A stretch of 64,000 nt of DNA from Rhina ancylostomus. Lineage: Eukaryota. The position numbers and the translations under genes were made by a program. Of this stretch, positions 1 through 11,445 are shown one piece after another. Within the stretch, counting starts at the first letter, position 1; every line of letters starts with the position of its first letter. The stretch lies in NCBI GenBank assembly GCA_030265395.1, contig JARFYF010000065.1, positions 7,419,234-7,483,233 on the forward strand, given 5' to 3'. A model generated the notes under the pieces. The model saw only the letters and a program-made list of their open reading frames with translations, did no database searches and was not told the DNA's origin.

Positions 1-229
1 CGGATGATGACGGCAGACCTAATCGCAACATATGGAAATCCATAACAGGGAGACAATGCAAGTCACTATTCCTTGTGCTTCACGATGAAGACACTCTAAA
101 CCCTCTCTCATTACTGTATTAGAAAGTTATTTGTTTCGAATCCCATTCCAGAGACATAAGTACAAAGTCCAATGTGTAACAAAGAAGGTGCAAACTGTTG
201 GAGAAGCCATCTACTGGTTATTGAATCCA

Positions 230-700
230 GGAATCTATCTTCAATGTGGATGGAACAATACTTGCACCTCAACTCCAACAAACTTCCCTTATAGTCAACA
301 TCTGTTGGACAAAGGCCCCTGACCAACAGGCCTCTGCTATACAACACTGCCCTCCAACACTGAAGATTCCTGACTAGTACCTGGAAAATGTGGACCACAT
401 CATATTCTCAGAGAAGGCAGACACACTGATGTTGAAATTCCCCACTGCTGCCAGCATATCCTTTGGTCAAATGAGCAACAGGATGTTTGAAGATCAAGAG
501 CCCAGGATCCGGCACAAAACCCACAGTCTGCTGGGCAGCAGTGATCCCTACCCTCCTAGGTGCTTTCAAGACCTTGGCTACCTACAGCAGGCACCCCAGA
601 GCATTGGAGAAGTATCACGAATCCTCCGCAAAATCTTCTAAGATCACTGGAAGCACAAGTGAACCAATATCAGTGTCATCGCCCAGCAGCATCCCCCACT
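230..700 (+). mobile_element. Decayed RTE-clade LINE, RT-region fragment
   Basis: Frameshifted LENVDH, AASISFG, AAVIPTLL, YSRHPRALEKYH and LRKI motifs typical of RTE/BovB ORF2. Confidence 0.7.
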
Positions 701-904
701 GGTCCCCTCTGGCCGCCCCACCTCCCGCACGTGGTTCCATGTCCCACCTTCCNNNNNNNNNNNNNNNNNNNNNNNNNNNNNNNNNNNNNNNNNNNNNNNN
801 NNNNNNNNNNNNNNNNNNNNNNNNNNNNNNNNNNNNNNNNNNNNNNNNNNNNATCAGTGTCATCGCCCAGCAGCATCCCCCACTGTTCCCCTCTGCCCTC
901 CCCA

Positions 905-1208
905 CCTCCCTCACTTGATTCCATGTCCCACCTTCCTCTCCTATCAGATTCCATCACCTTCAGCCCTCCACCTATCACCTCCTTGCCTCTGCCACTATTT
1001 CCACTCTCCCCTCCTCCATCTGCCGATCACCCCTCCTCACCTGGATCCACCTATCACCTGCCAACTCTTGCTGCACTCCTTCCGCTCGCCTCTTTACACT
1101 GCTGATCTCCCCTCAGTCCAGATGAAGAACCTCGAGCTGAAAGATCAGCTGTTCATTTTGCTCCATAGATGCTGCCTGGTCTGCTGAGTTCCTCCAGCAT
1201 CTTGTTCT
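905..1208 (+). mobile_element. Penelope-like element 3'/pLTR fragment with degenerate hammerhead core
   Basis: CT-rich tract, then cagtc-cagatga...gaaa, then catagatgctgcctggtctgctgagttcctccagca, shared with many copies in the window. Confidence 0.6.
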
Positions 1209-3140
1209 TTACACCATTCACAAACCAGATGCCAGAGCAACCAACCCTCTATTCTGAGCTTTGTCATAAGAAGTGATTAGCAGATGGACCATGATTTGAG
1301 CATGTGCTCAAAGTCTGCTTGAGAAAGAATGCAACCTATTCCCTGACCCTTGGGAATCCCCGAAACACGACCAATCAAAGTGGAGAAGGAATATCTGGGG
1401 TGGCATTTACAACCTCGANNNNNNNNNNNNNNNNNNNNNNNNNNNNNNNNNNNNNNNNNNNNNNNNNNNNNNNNNNNNNNNNNNNNNNNNNNNNNNNNNN
1501 NNNNNNNNNNNNNNNNNNCTCGAGTCCATTGTGAGAAGTCCTTTGTAAGTAGTGAAAAGAGCACAGCACCTCACAAACCACACAACCACTCCATCAGGCA
1601 CCTCCTACTTCATTCATGGAAGGGTCTACAGTTTCCAAATTGGCCTCATCAGCTACTATGGGACCCATTTTTTTCTTAGAAGAAAGCAGGAGTGATCATA
1701 TTTCAGGAGTACATGATTGATACATAGAATTTTGGGACATCCTGAGTTTCAAAGGATGTTGAGAAATGGTCACTTTCACTCCCTAAAAACTGATACATAT
1801 CCCTTGGTATCTTCACAGAACTCCATACTAAGTTGGTAATAAATCCAGCTGTTCCCAGCACTTGGCAGGGCTGCCATATATCCAGCTGTTATGACACGTA
1901 TAAACAGCCTGTGTTGTGTGTCCATCCTGTGGTGTCTCTATGGCACTGCACAGCTTACATTACTGTGCCAAGAATCATAGGCATGAGCCCAACTCCCGTC
2001 CATCAGCACTGTAAACTGTACATTTGTTGACCTTCATGGTGCAGCCAGCCAACAGAATGAAGGGCTTGAGAACTGAAGGTGGAGATGCTGAACATAGAGA
2101 ATCTTTCCCAAAAAAAACATTGGCTTCTGGTACTGCCCAAAGCCAGCAACAGACTGATGGCATTTGCTGTAACAACAAGGAGCATCCAGCAACCTACCCA
2201 ATTTCTCATTAAGTTTCCCAGTGGTCTACTTTGACCTGACTCTCAGTCAACAAGGTGCAGTGCCAATCACAAGACTTCGAGCTAACATCCCTGTACTGGT
2301 GACAGTTAACACTTCCCTGCTGGCGATTGAATGTGTGGATCGCGCTTGGATTCCCAGCCAGAGAAATAGTAGGGATGGTGTTGGTATGGGTCAAGGAGAT
2401 GCCAACTGGGGTTCCTACATCCAATTATTATCTAGTGATAAACCTTTCCCCTGCACCATTTGCAAGCTCGTAAGTGTGATAGGATTGGGTAGGAGGGTGC
2501 GGTTGGCAAGGTAGAGATGCCTTCCAAGTCTGAATAGTCTGGCACCACTCACTGTCGGCAGTTGCACGTGAATTGACCACTGGTGCACAGCAGCAGAGAA
2601 CTGACATCACAGTGCAGTCATATCCCAGAACAATTCCACGACTTCACAATGAATGCAAGGAACTATACTTAATAATTAGCACAGCAAATGGAAAATAAAC
2701 TGGTAATTATACAGAGCATGTCATAACCTCATAACATTGCAAAGCACTTTACAGCTAATGAAGTAGGTTCACCATTTAAAACTTTGTGGCCAATTTACAC
2801 CCAGTAAGATCTTACTGAAATAAGTGTTCAGGCAATCTCTTTGGTGTTTGCGTCCTGGTCATAACTGCATGTCAGGAGAAGAGGAAGAAAGGTTGCAAAG
2901 GTGAAAACATGCATTAATTTCTTAAAACACAGACAGCAAGAACAAAAGAAATAGCAGAAGGTCATTTTTTTCTCCTTGAGCCTATTCTGACATTCAATAA
3001 GATTATGGCTGATCCATTACCTTGTTTACTTTCATTCTCAAACCGCCATGTCTCTCAATTCCCTTAACGTCAAAAGAACTATTGATTTTGGCCTTGAATA
3101 GGCTCAGCAGCCAATACCCATGGCTTTCAGAGAGGGAAGA

Positions 3141-4268
3141 AATATTAGTGGCTGACCACTCCTCCCTTCAGCACCCCAAACTTCTCCACCCTCCCACCCC
3201 AAACCAGAGAGCATTCAGTTCTCAGCTACAGGGAAATTAGAAAAACTGAATTGTCTGAGGGATGGGAGTCACTCAGTTCCTTCCATGAACTCTTAACTCC
3301 TACCAGTCTCGTTGAGTTTATAATGCTGGATTTCAACAGGACAGTGCTCAGGAATGACTGGAGTTGTCCTTGGAATCGGTTATGGAGGAGAAAAAGAAAA
3401 ATCTCTGAATCATGACAATGGCCCCTTCCTTTACAGCCCTTCCACATGTATTTGAAAGACAGGGATATATAGGGGGGCACAGTACTCTGGGGTGCGGTAC
3501 CATTAAATTAATTCCAGGTGGGCGATATATTAAGCACCAGCCACTTTATGGAGTTCCATTTCTGAGTGCTGCCAAGCACCAACCAGACATATGCAGAATT
3601 AGCTGTCTCACCAAACCACTTAGCTGTTGCTGAGCCAAACTGAAAAGTGTCGTTTCACACGTGTCCATCAAGGACTGAATGGCTATGCACGCAAGATTTC
3701 ACCTTTTTGGCAACTGACATAAGCATCACTTGAAGAACTTTCAGGCCCAGATTTCCCACCGTTTGAGTTTCATGGGAATTCAGCCCCTCTGCCTTGTTCA
3801 GCTCTTCAGTTAGATCGCTAATCGATCTTAACTCCATCTGACTCGCTTTGTTCTGTATCTCTCAATACTCTTAAAAAAAACTTTCAAAATGTTCCACTGC
3901 ACCTGCATTTTGGAGGTTGTGATGATGGGGAGCTGTGGAGGTTGGANNNNNNNNNNNNNNNNNNNNNNNNNNNNNNNNNNNNNNNNNNNNNNNNNNNNNN
4001 NNNNNNNNNNNNNNNNNNNNNNNNNNNNNNNGCCATTGTTTTAGGCACTACCACAAGAGGAAAGAATCTCTCTCGACCTGCAGTGTCTAATATAAAACAT
4101 CTCCAAGAGTTAGAGTTCATGGAAAGAACTGAGTGACTCCCATCCCTCAGACAATTCTGTTGTTTTTCTAAACTGTAGCTGAGTACTGAATGCTCTCTGG
4201 TTGGGGGTGGGAGGGTGGAGAAGCGTGGGGTGCAGGTGCTGAAGAGAGGAGTAATTAGCCACTAATAC
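3141..4268. repeat. Pair of ~160-bp inverted repeats (3141-3300 and 4105-4268), possibly a non-autonomous DNA transposon or foldback
   Basis: The two segments are reverse complements with scattered mismatches; the ORF track shows the same LLHPPTPNQRAFS peptide on opposite strands. Confidence 0.7.
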
Positions 4269-4629
4269 TCCTTTTAACTTTTCTAATGAGATGCTCAAAG
4301 AGTGCAGAGGAAACTATCTAAAAATGATGCCCCTCTTAGCTGATTAGCTTGTCATTGTTCTTTAACTTCAAATTAACACTACCAAATACCAAAATCTGTC
4401 CATAGCTAACCTAAAACATCTCTGAGAGTTCCCACCCATGACACAGAAAAGTTTCAAGGAAAGAAACTTTGGTCTATAAAATTAACTACACAGTACAACC
4501 ATCAGAAAAATTCACTCTGAAAAATCAAGCTGGTTACTGCAACAGATTTGATCAGAGTCAGAAGCCTCCCTATCCCAACAAGATTCCTTGGCACCGTTTT
4601 GGAGTGACGGAGGTTTTTGGGTCTGGTCA

Positions 4630-4985
4630 GAAGCAGAGCTAGTAGAGCCACCAACTCACAGCGCCAGAGACTTGGGTTCAATCCTGACCTCCGGTGCTGT
4701 CGGTCTGGAGGTTGGATGTACTCCCTGTGACCACGTGGGTTTCCTCCAGGTCCTCCCATTTCCTCCCAAAGTCGGGTGGGTTAGTAAGTTAATTTGCCAC
4801 TGTAAATTGCCCCTAGTGTGTAGGTGAGGGGTAGAATGTGGAACAGGGTAAATTGTTAAGAATGAAGGACGAATGGACAAAAATGGTATCAATGTAGGAC
4901 TGGTGTAAATGGGCTGTTGACAGTTGGTGCAGCCTCTATGGGCTGAAGGGCCTATTTCTGTGCAGTATCTCTGTATAAGTCTAAC
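4630..4985 (+). mobile_element. HE1-type V-SINE (tRNA head, V-domain, HER1 LINE tail)
   Basis: B-box-like gggttcaatcc, V-domain gtgggtttcctccagg...ttcctccca, tail gggctgaagggcctatttctgtgc. Confidence 0.75.
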
Positions 4986-6130
4986 CTCTCGACATTTTGA
5001 AGAATTATTTGATTTCCAGCAAAATGAGATGAGAAGCTTTGTCACATGGATCAGCCAGTTCTAGGAAAAAAAGAAACTTGAGGGCTGGGTGACTTGTGCA
5101 GTCACTGAGCAGAATAGCCAGACTGCTGCTTCCCTCCTGGGCTCCTCTTGGACTTGCACCGCCTGTCACAACAGATTTAGTCTGCAGGCTCACTAAACCC
5201 CAGTGAAGCTGCGCCCAAGTCAGTCAAGGTAATGCAGGCGGCAGGCTCTGTACTCCTAACGCTCTGAGCCGCTGACCGGTCACCCCCTCTGCTGGCTCAC
5301 TTCCACCCTCAGTCTGAATGGAGCAGAGGATGAGGGAAGGGGGTACGTCCAGCACACTGTAAAGCAAAGGATGGATCCGAGCTGGGACAGATTGCATTGT
5401 GTTGCTGAACATCTTGTGTGTGGCTGGTACCCAATGATAAAGATTGCCCTGTACAGCAGAGGTGGCAAAGCTAATTTTTCTCCATTCATCCAGCTCACTA
5501 CATATATGGTTACAAACAAGGATGAAGGTCAATAAACAAATCCAGTCCTGCGCTTAAACAAGAGGATTGATAAACTCAAAACATTGTTCTTTCAAAAACT
5601 CACAGAGAGGTTAACAGGGCCATTCCTTGGGCCCAGTACATGCCAATGCTGGCCTTCATAGACAAATGTCCAGAATTTCATGTGACACAGTCTTCAAGTG
5701 CTTCAGTGTGTCTGTTCATTTTCATTGTCATAGAGAAAAACAGCATGGAAACATGACCCTGGCCCTCCAGTTCTGTGCTGATAATCAATCTATACTAATC
5801 CTACATTAACCAATTTTTTTTCATTCTCCCCACATTCTTGTCAACTCCCCTTCTCCCAGATCCTACCCCTCACCTGCACACTAGAGGCAATTTACAGTGG
5901 TTAACTAACCTACCAACCCGCACGTCTTTGATGTTGGTATTGGTTTACTATTGTCACTTGTACCGAGGTACAGTGAAAAACTTGTCTTGCACACCGATCG
6001 TAGAGGTCAATTCATTACACAGTGCAGTTANNNNNNNNNNNNNNNNNNNNNNNNNNNNNNNNNNNNNNNNNNNNNNNNNNNNNNNNNNNNNNNNNNNNNN
6101 NNNNNNNNNNNNNNNNNNNNNNNNNNNNNN

Positions 6131-7800
6131 CTGCGGCTATTTCTGGCAACTTTATTAGCTTCTCCCTTGGATTTTAGACAGTCATTAATTTCTGTTGTAA
6201 ATTATGAACAGACCACTTTACCTGTTGGGTTTTTGTGCCTTAAAGCAATTTTATTTATGCAAATCATGTATATTTCTTTCAATGCCTGTCCACCAGTATA
6301 CCTTTATTTCCCATCAACCATTGCCAACTATCCCCTTACAATATTGTAATCTGCTTTGTTTAGATTTAAAACCTTTGTTTCAGATTGAGTTAAATTACTT
6401 TCAAATTCAATGTTGAATTCTATGTTGTTATGGTCAGTCATCCCTAAAGGTCTTTTTACAACCAGGTTATTAATAAACCATTCTCTTTGCACAATACTAG
6501 AACTAAAATACTCTTTTCCATCTCTGGTACATTCCGTGAATTTATCCTCCGCCATATTACTTCTAATTTGACCTGTCCACTCTCCCATGAATACTGCATT
6601 AGCCATATGGCATCTTTAATTTCCTGATTAATGCTATTTTCAGTATTACAACTACTAATTTATAACTTAATATTACATCTTGATCTATCATGCAAAGATC
6701 ATTCCTCACTGCTGTACCAATCTCATCCCTTGTTAACAGTGCTACCAAGTCATTTTCCTTTTTGCCAATCCTTCCCGAATGTTGAATACCCTTGAACTTT
6801 AAAGTGCTTAGTACTTTAAAGTTTGTAGTACTTCGGTCATATCTCATTACTTCTATTTGTGCTATTAATTCATCTGCCTTGTTGAGAATGCTGCATGCAT
6901 TTAGGTATAGCAACTTCAACCTTGTCCATTTAATATTTACTATACTTTGACCTCATTTTATTGCTGCCTTTGTTTCCCCTGTCTTATTTATTTTGCATTT
7001 TGCTTTTCTAACTTTCACTTCCTGCTTTGTTTCTCACCTTACTGAATGCCTTCTGAGGTGCTTATCCCCTTGCCAGGCTAGTTTAAATCCTCCCGAACAG
7101 CCCGTGTGGATATTGGTCCTGATCCTGCTGAGATGTAAGCCGTCAAACTTGCACACATCCTACCTGCCCAAAAATTGTTCCAATGGCTCAGAAGTCTAAA
7201 ACGCTCTCTCTTGTGCTATCTCTCCAGCCACAGATTCAGTCCCTCTGTCTTCTTATTTCTGTACTTAGTAGTGCATAGCAATAGGAGTAATATTGAAATT
7301 ACTACTTTTTAATATTTTCCCTCACTCCCTAAAATCTGGTCGCAGGATCTCAGTGCTTTCTCTGTCCATGTTGTTGGTACCAATGTGGACCACAGCATCT
7401 ATTTGTTAAACTTCCCCTTCAGAATGTTATGCAGCTGCACAGTGACATCATTGGTCCTGGTATCAGGAGGCAACATACCATCCCAGACTCACATATATGG
7501 TCACCAAATGCCTTTTTGTCCCCTTGTGTACTGAATCCCATATCACATTTGCTCTCTCACTCTTATTGTGCTCTTGTGCAGCTGAGCCACTATAGTCCCT
7601 TCTCCGGCTACACTGACCTAAAAGAAACCATTACCCCCACCGGTATCCAAAAGGGAAAATCTCAGTCAGAAAGGGTACAGTGATTCAGGCTGGTGGATAT
7701 ACCACAGTGACTTCAGCTGCTCTTCAAGCTCTGTAATCGAGAGTTCAAGCTATGCAACTGGAAGCACATCCTATGCATATGGCTTCATAGATGAGTGGAT
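6131..7800 (-). mobile_element. Decayed CR1-clade LINE, ORF2 endonuclease region plus upstream ORF1-like region
   Basis: LYLNACSILNKADEL..QIE...YD (CR1 APE start) and LGMTDHNNIEFNI..E...TKVLNLNKADY motifs; multiple stops and frameshifts. Confidence 0.8.
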
Positions 7801-7884
7801 GCATCCTGACCTTCCTCATTGTGGCAGAGGTTGCACATTCTACTCAGCCAGCCTGCCCTGCCATTCCCTACCTTTATAGCATAT

Positions 7885-8020
7885 TGGCATTGGTTAATTA
7901 TTGTCACTTGTACCAAAGTACAGTGAACAACTTGTCTTGCATACTGATCGTAGAGGTCAATTCATTACACAGTGCAGTTACACTGAGTTAGTACAGAGTG
8001 CATTAAAGGGTACAGAGTGC
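7885..8020 (-). mobile_element. Rex1/Babar-type LINE 3' tail (near-identical copy at 5932-6030)
   Basis: ttgtcacttgtacc..gtacagtgaa.aacttgtcttgca.ac.gatcgtagaggtcaattcattacacagtgcagtta occurs twice and resembles the tail at 36705-36800. Confidence 0.6.
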
Positions 8021-8952
8021 ATTTGGGACATGGGAGGAAACCAGAGCACCGGGGAGAGACATATATGGTCACAGAGAAAATGCGCATACTCCACACAGAC
8101 AGCACCCGAGGTCAGGATTGAACCTGGGTCGCTGGTGCTGTGAGGCAGCGGCTCTACTCACTGAGCCACTGTGCCACCCTATTTCTGCTTAATCTTTGCC
8201 TTTTCTACCCCATTTCATTTTCTCACCTCTCTGCCTGGGGCATATTTGCACCCTATCCAAATGGATACTTTTTCATTCATAAAACTAAAGAACTCGAGCA
8301 GGTTATTCATCTATGTGGGGCATTTCAACTCAGTCCTCTCTGTACCCAACAAATATTTTAGCAGGAAGGTTACAAAGGAAACGAGTGGTTAACCTCCACC
8401 CCAAGCCAAATGAAAAGCATTCAGGCCCAACTATCTCAATGCAGATTTGGATTTGGATACATCAACAGCTTCAGGGTTGAACCTGACCTCCGGTGCCTTA
8501 TGTGGAGTTTGCACACCCTCTGGGTGTCTCAGTTTCTTCCCACAACCCAAGGTATGTTACACTGTATGGCTCTAAGTGACAAGATGTGGATAAAGGGGAA
8601 CCAGGAGATGCACATACTTACATTTCTGGAAGGTGTTTGATAAAGTGCTACATCAAAGGTACTCGAAGAAATTAAGAGTTCATTATGTAGTTGGCAACAT
8701 GTTGACCTGGACAGAATTTTGGCTTAAAAGTAAAGCAAGAAGGACAGTCGTCCAAAAGGTAAAATGCTTATGTGAGCAAGAATTACAAGGATGCTGCCAG
8801 GACTCGAGGGGCCGAGTTATGGAGAGAGATTGGGCAGGCTAGGACTTTATTCCTTGGAATAACGGTTAATTAACCACTGTAAATCATTTCTAGTAAGTGG
8901 GTGGGTGGTAGAATCTGAGGGGAGTTGATGAGGTAGAATAAAATGGGTTAGG

Positions 8953-9238
8953 TAAGATACCTTTATTAGTCACATTTATATCAAAACACACAGTGAAGTA
9001 CATCTTTTGTGTAGTGTTCTGGGGGCAGCCCACATGTGTTGCCACACTTCCGGCACCAACATAGCATGCCCACATCTTCCCAACCCGTACGTCTTTGGAA
9101 TGTGGGAGGAAACCAGAGCACCCAGAGCACCCACACAGACACACGGGGAGAACGGACAAACTCCTTACAGACAGCGGCCGGAACTGAACCGGGGTTGCTG
9201 GTGCTGTAAAGCATCATGCTAACCGCTACACTACCGTG
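8953..9238 (-). mobile_element. tRNA-derived V-SINE with non-HER1 tail, inserted into an HE1 SINE (related copy at 20349-20645)
   Basis: Minus strand cacggtagtgtagcggttagc (A box), ggttcagttcc (B box), V-domain, tail ...cactgtgtgttttgatataaatgtgactaataaag. Confidence 0.7.
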
Positions 9239-10722
9239 GACAGGAGTAGAGTAGAAATGGGTGCCTGATGGTCAGCATGGACTTGGTGGGCTGAAGTGTC
9301 TGTTTCTGTGCTGTATCTGACTATGACTCTAATATTACAAGTGGATGAATTTCATGCAACAAAGTGAGCAAAAGGGACCTTGATGTCAAGTGCCCTGAAA
9401 GGGCTCACACTGGTGCCTACCTTAATCCCACTCCGAAGCCCGAGTTGGGGCAGAGCACTGGTGTAGCCTTGCTGCTCTTCAATTGACAGTCGTCACACCA
9501 GGTGCAAGAAGGGGAAGAAGAGTTCTCTTCACTCTAAATGGGGATAATTTCAGATCTGAACCTTTATTAGAAACTTACAACAATGTGGATGAGAGAGGAG
9601 GAAGCTTAAAATATTCTGAGCAGAGCACAGCACAAAGCCAACGTTCAGAAAGGATTATTTTTAAACTCAACTTTCAAAGATTCCATTACATAAAAAGTCT
9701 TATTTTTAATGCAGCTGTGTAGCTACAAGCAGGAATTAAAGTTGGCAACAGCAGCAAAACAGATTTGAAAGGGGACAATGCTGACATTTTGTTATTTGTA
9801 ACCAATGATTACTGTAATTAAAAATAATGAGAGAAGACAGTGCACAGGAAACTACTGAAGCAGCATTAACTGAGTAAAGTTCATGGCAAATTAAGCATAG
9901 AAGGAATCTGAGTGGATTATTGCAGAAAGAAATGTCCAGCGATTGTCATGAGAGATGTCATGAATTCAAGCCCCGTAGATGTGATGATATTGAACAAAAT
10001 GTCAGCTGGAGGGCGGTGTTACTCAAATTCTCAGCCAAGGGGATGCAAAATATCAATCCAGATAGAGCGTAGGCTGTGCCAGCATTCAGTGGGTGGGTTT
10101 GAACTTCCAGGACCTGTGGGATATCACGAAATCTTCATTTGTTTTTCTCCTTCTGCTAGAAGTAATGATAAGCACAAAGCCGGTGGATTGTTGCAATCAC
10201 CCATCTCGTTCATGAAGGGTAGGGGAATAGGACCATTGTTCTTGCCAAGAGCCAACAGTGGTTCAAAGGGCTGAACAGTCTCTTCCTGTGCTGTTCTGTG
10301 GTTCAATTCATGAATTGTGAATGAGATTCTCTTAGTTGTCCTACTGAACATTTCTCCTAAAATTAATGTCAATTAAAATAGAAATAGTGTCATTTGGTCA
10401 TTATAAGACATTGATGTTGTGGGATCTTGCTGTGCACAAATGGCTGCCATCAGATCAGTAACTATATTTCATAGGGAATTAGCTGGATATAACAGATTTT
10501 GGGACAACCCGAGGTTAGAAAAGTCACTAAAAATTGCAAGCTTTTCTGTGGAAATGTTTGTACGTTATGGAAACCATTGGGAGTTGAAGATTAACCCAAC
10601 CATGTCCCTGGGACCCATGTTTAAGTCCAGTCTCCCCTGAATGCCTATAAAGATTTTGTATGCAATATGCTCAAGCATCCTTCCCCATTTCTTGCTCGCC
10701 ATATACCCTCATAAAACCTGCC

Positions 10723-10941
10723 GACACAAGAGACTGCAGATGCTGGAATCTGAAACAACAAATAATCTGCTGGAACTCACCAGGTCAAGCAGTTTCTGTG
10801 TGGGGGAAAGGAATTGTTGACATTATGGGTTGAAACCCTGCATCTGGACCTAATGCAGGGTCTTGATACAAAACGTTGACAATTCCTTTCCCCCACACAG
10901 ATGCTGGTCGACCCATTGAGTTCCTCCAGCAGATTCATTGT
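10723..10941. mobile_element. Palindromic Penelope-type pLTR-derived repeat
   Basis: Inverted arms ctgctggaactc...gggggaaaggaattgttgac and gttgacaattcctttccccc...gagttcctccagcag around ccctgcat/atgcaggg. Confidence 0.65.
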
Positions 10942-11357
10942 AAAACTTGTCCTCCCAGTTGCCTTGTAACTCAAAGAAATGACATTTGGGACTGATCCAT
11001 TTCCCAAGTGATTCTGGCACAAGATAGAGTGGCTCTATTATCTTGGACAGTGTGGGAGTTTTAGTTGTTATTCATCTATCTTAACTGTCTTGAGTTTAAT
11101 CACGGTGGCCTGACTAGCGAACTGCATCATTATTCCTACGTTCCCAGATGGATAAATATATTCCAAATTTGAGCTTCCTGTTTCTTTGGGTGCTGGAGAT
11201 TTAGGAGGAAGAATATATTAAATTGGGAAAGGCCCAACACCAACTGTGGGGCTTCTTTTACTAATGTGGCCAGCAAATAAAACATGGGTACTCTGACATC
11301 TGATTGCTACTTAATGAATTTTAAGCAGGTAACATCGGCTATTTGTTTGAATTATAG

Positions 11358-11445
11358 ATGCTTGCTGCTCAGTGGATACAAGCAACAAGATGAGTACCAC
11401 ACCAGAGACTGCATCCTGGAACAGATGTGGACCCTTAAGCACAAA
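11358..11445 (+). CDS. RTBDN: RTBDN-like internal coding exon (88 bp), [29 protein letters not shown]
   Basis: ttatag| acceptor and |gtgagt donor; CC and WNRCGxLS motifs; phase 1 to phase 2 fits the next exon. Confidence 0.88.

Larger units (their letters stand above)
5730..8178 (-). mobile_element. HE1-type SINE split into 5730-5929 and 8021-8178 by nested sequence
   Basis: The SINE stops at cccgcacgtctttg and resumes at tttgggacatgggaggaaacc. Confidence 0.65.

Noticed and set aside
664-935. Direct duplication flanking the 753-852 gap
   Set aside because: Near-identical sequence on both sides of a 100-N gap, with mismatches mostly to G. This is typical of unmerged contig ends.
2831-2917. 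Possible RTBDN first exon (FGVCVLVITACQEKRKKGCKGENMH)
   Set aside because: Superficial resemblance only: immediate TAA stop, no PxPE...C motif, and it adjoins decayed SINE sequence.
4043-4090. Possible RTBDN exon remnant (HYHKRKESLSTCSV*)
   Set aside because: Wrong spacing, no prolines and an in-frame stop; likely chance.
9381-9470. Possible RTBDN first exon (KCPERAHTGAYLNPTPKPELGQS)
   Set aside because: It lacks the second Cys, the HK motif and a signal peptide.
9912-10274. 120-aa ORF
   Set aside because: No recognisable domain or convincing exon structure. Like most of the ORF track, it is expected by chance or derives from repeats and N runs.
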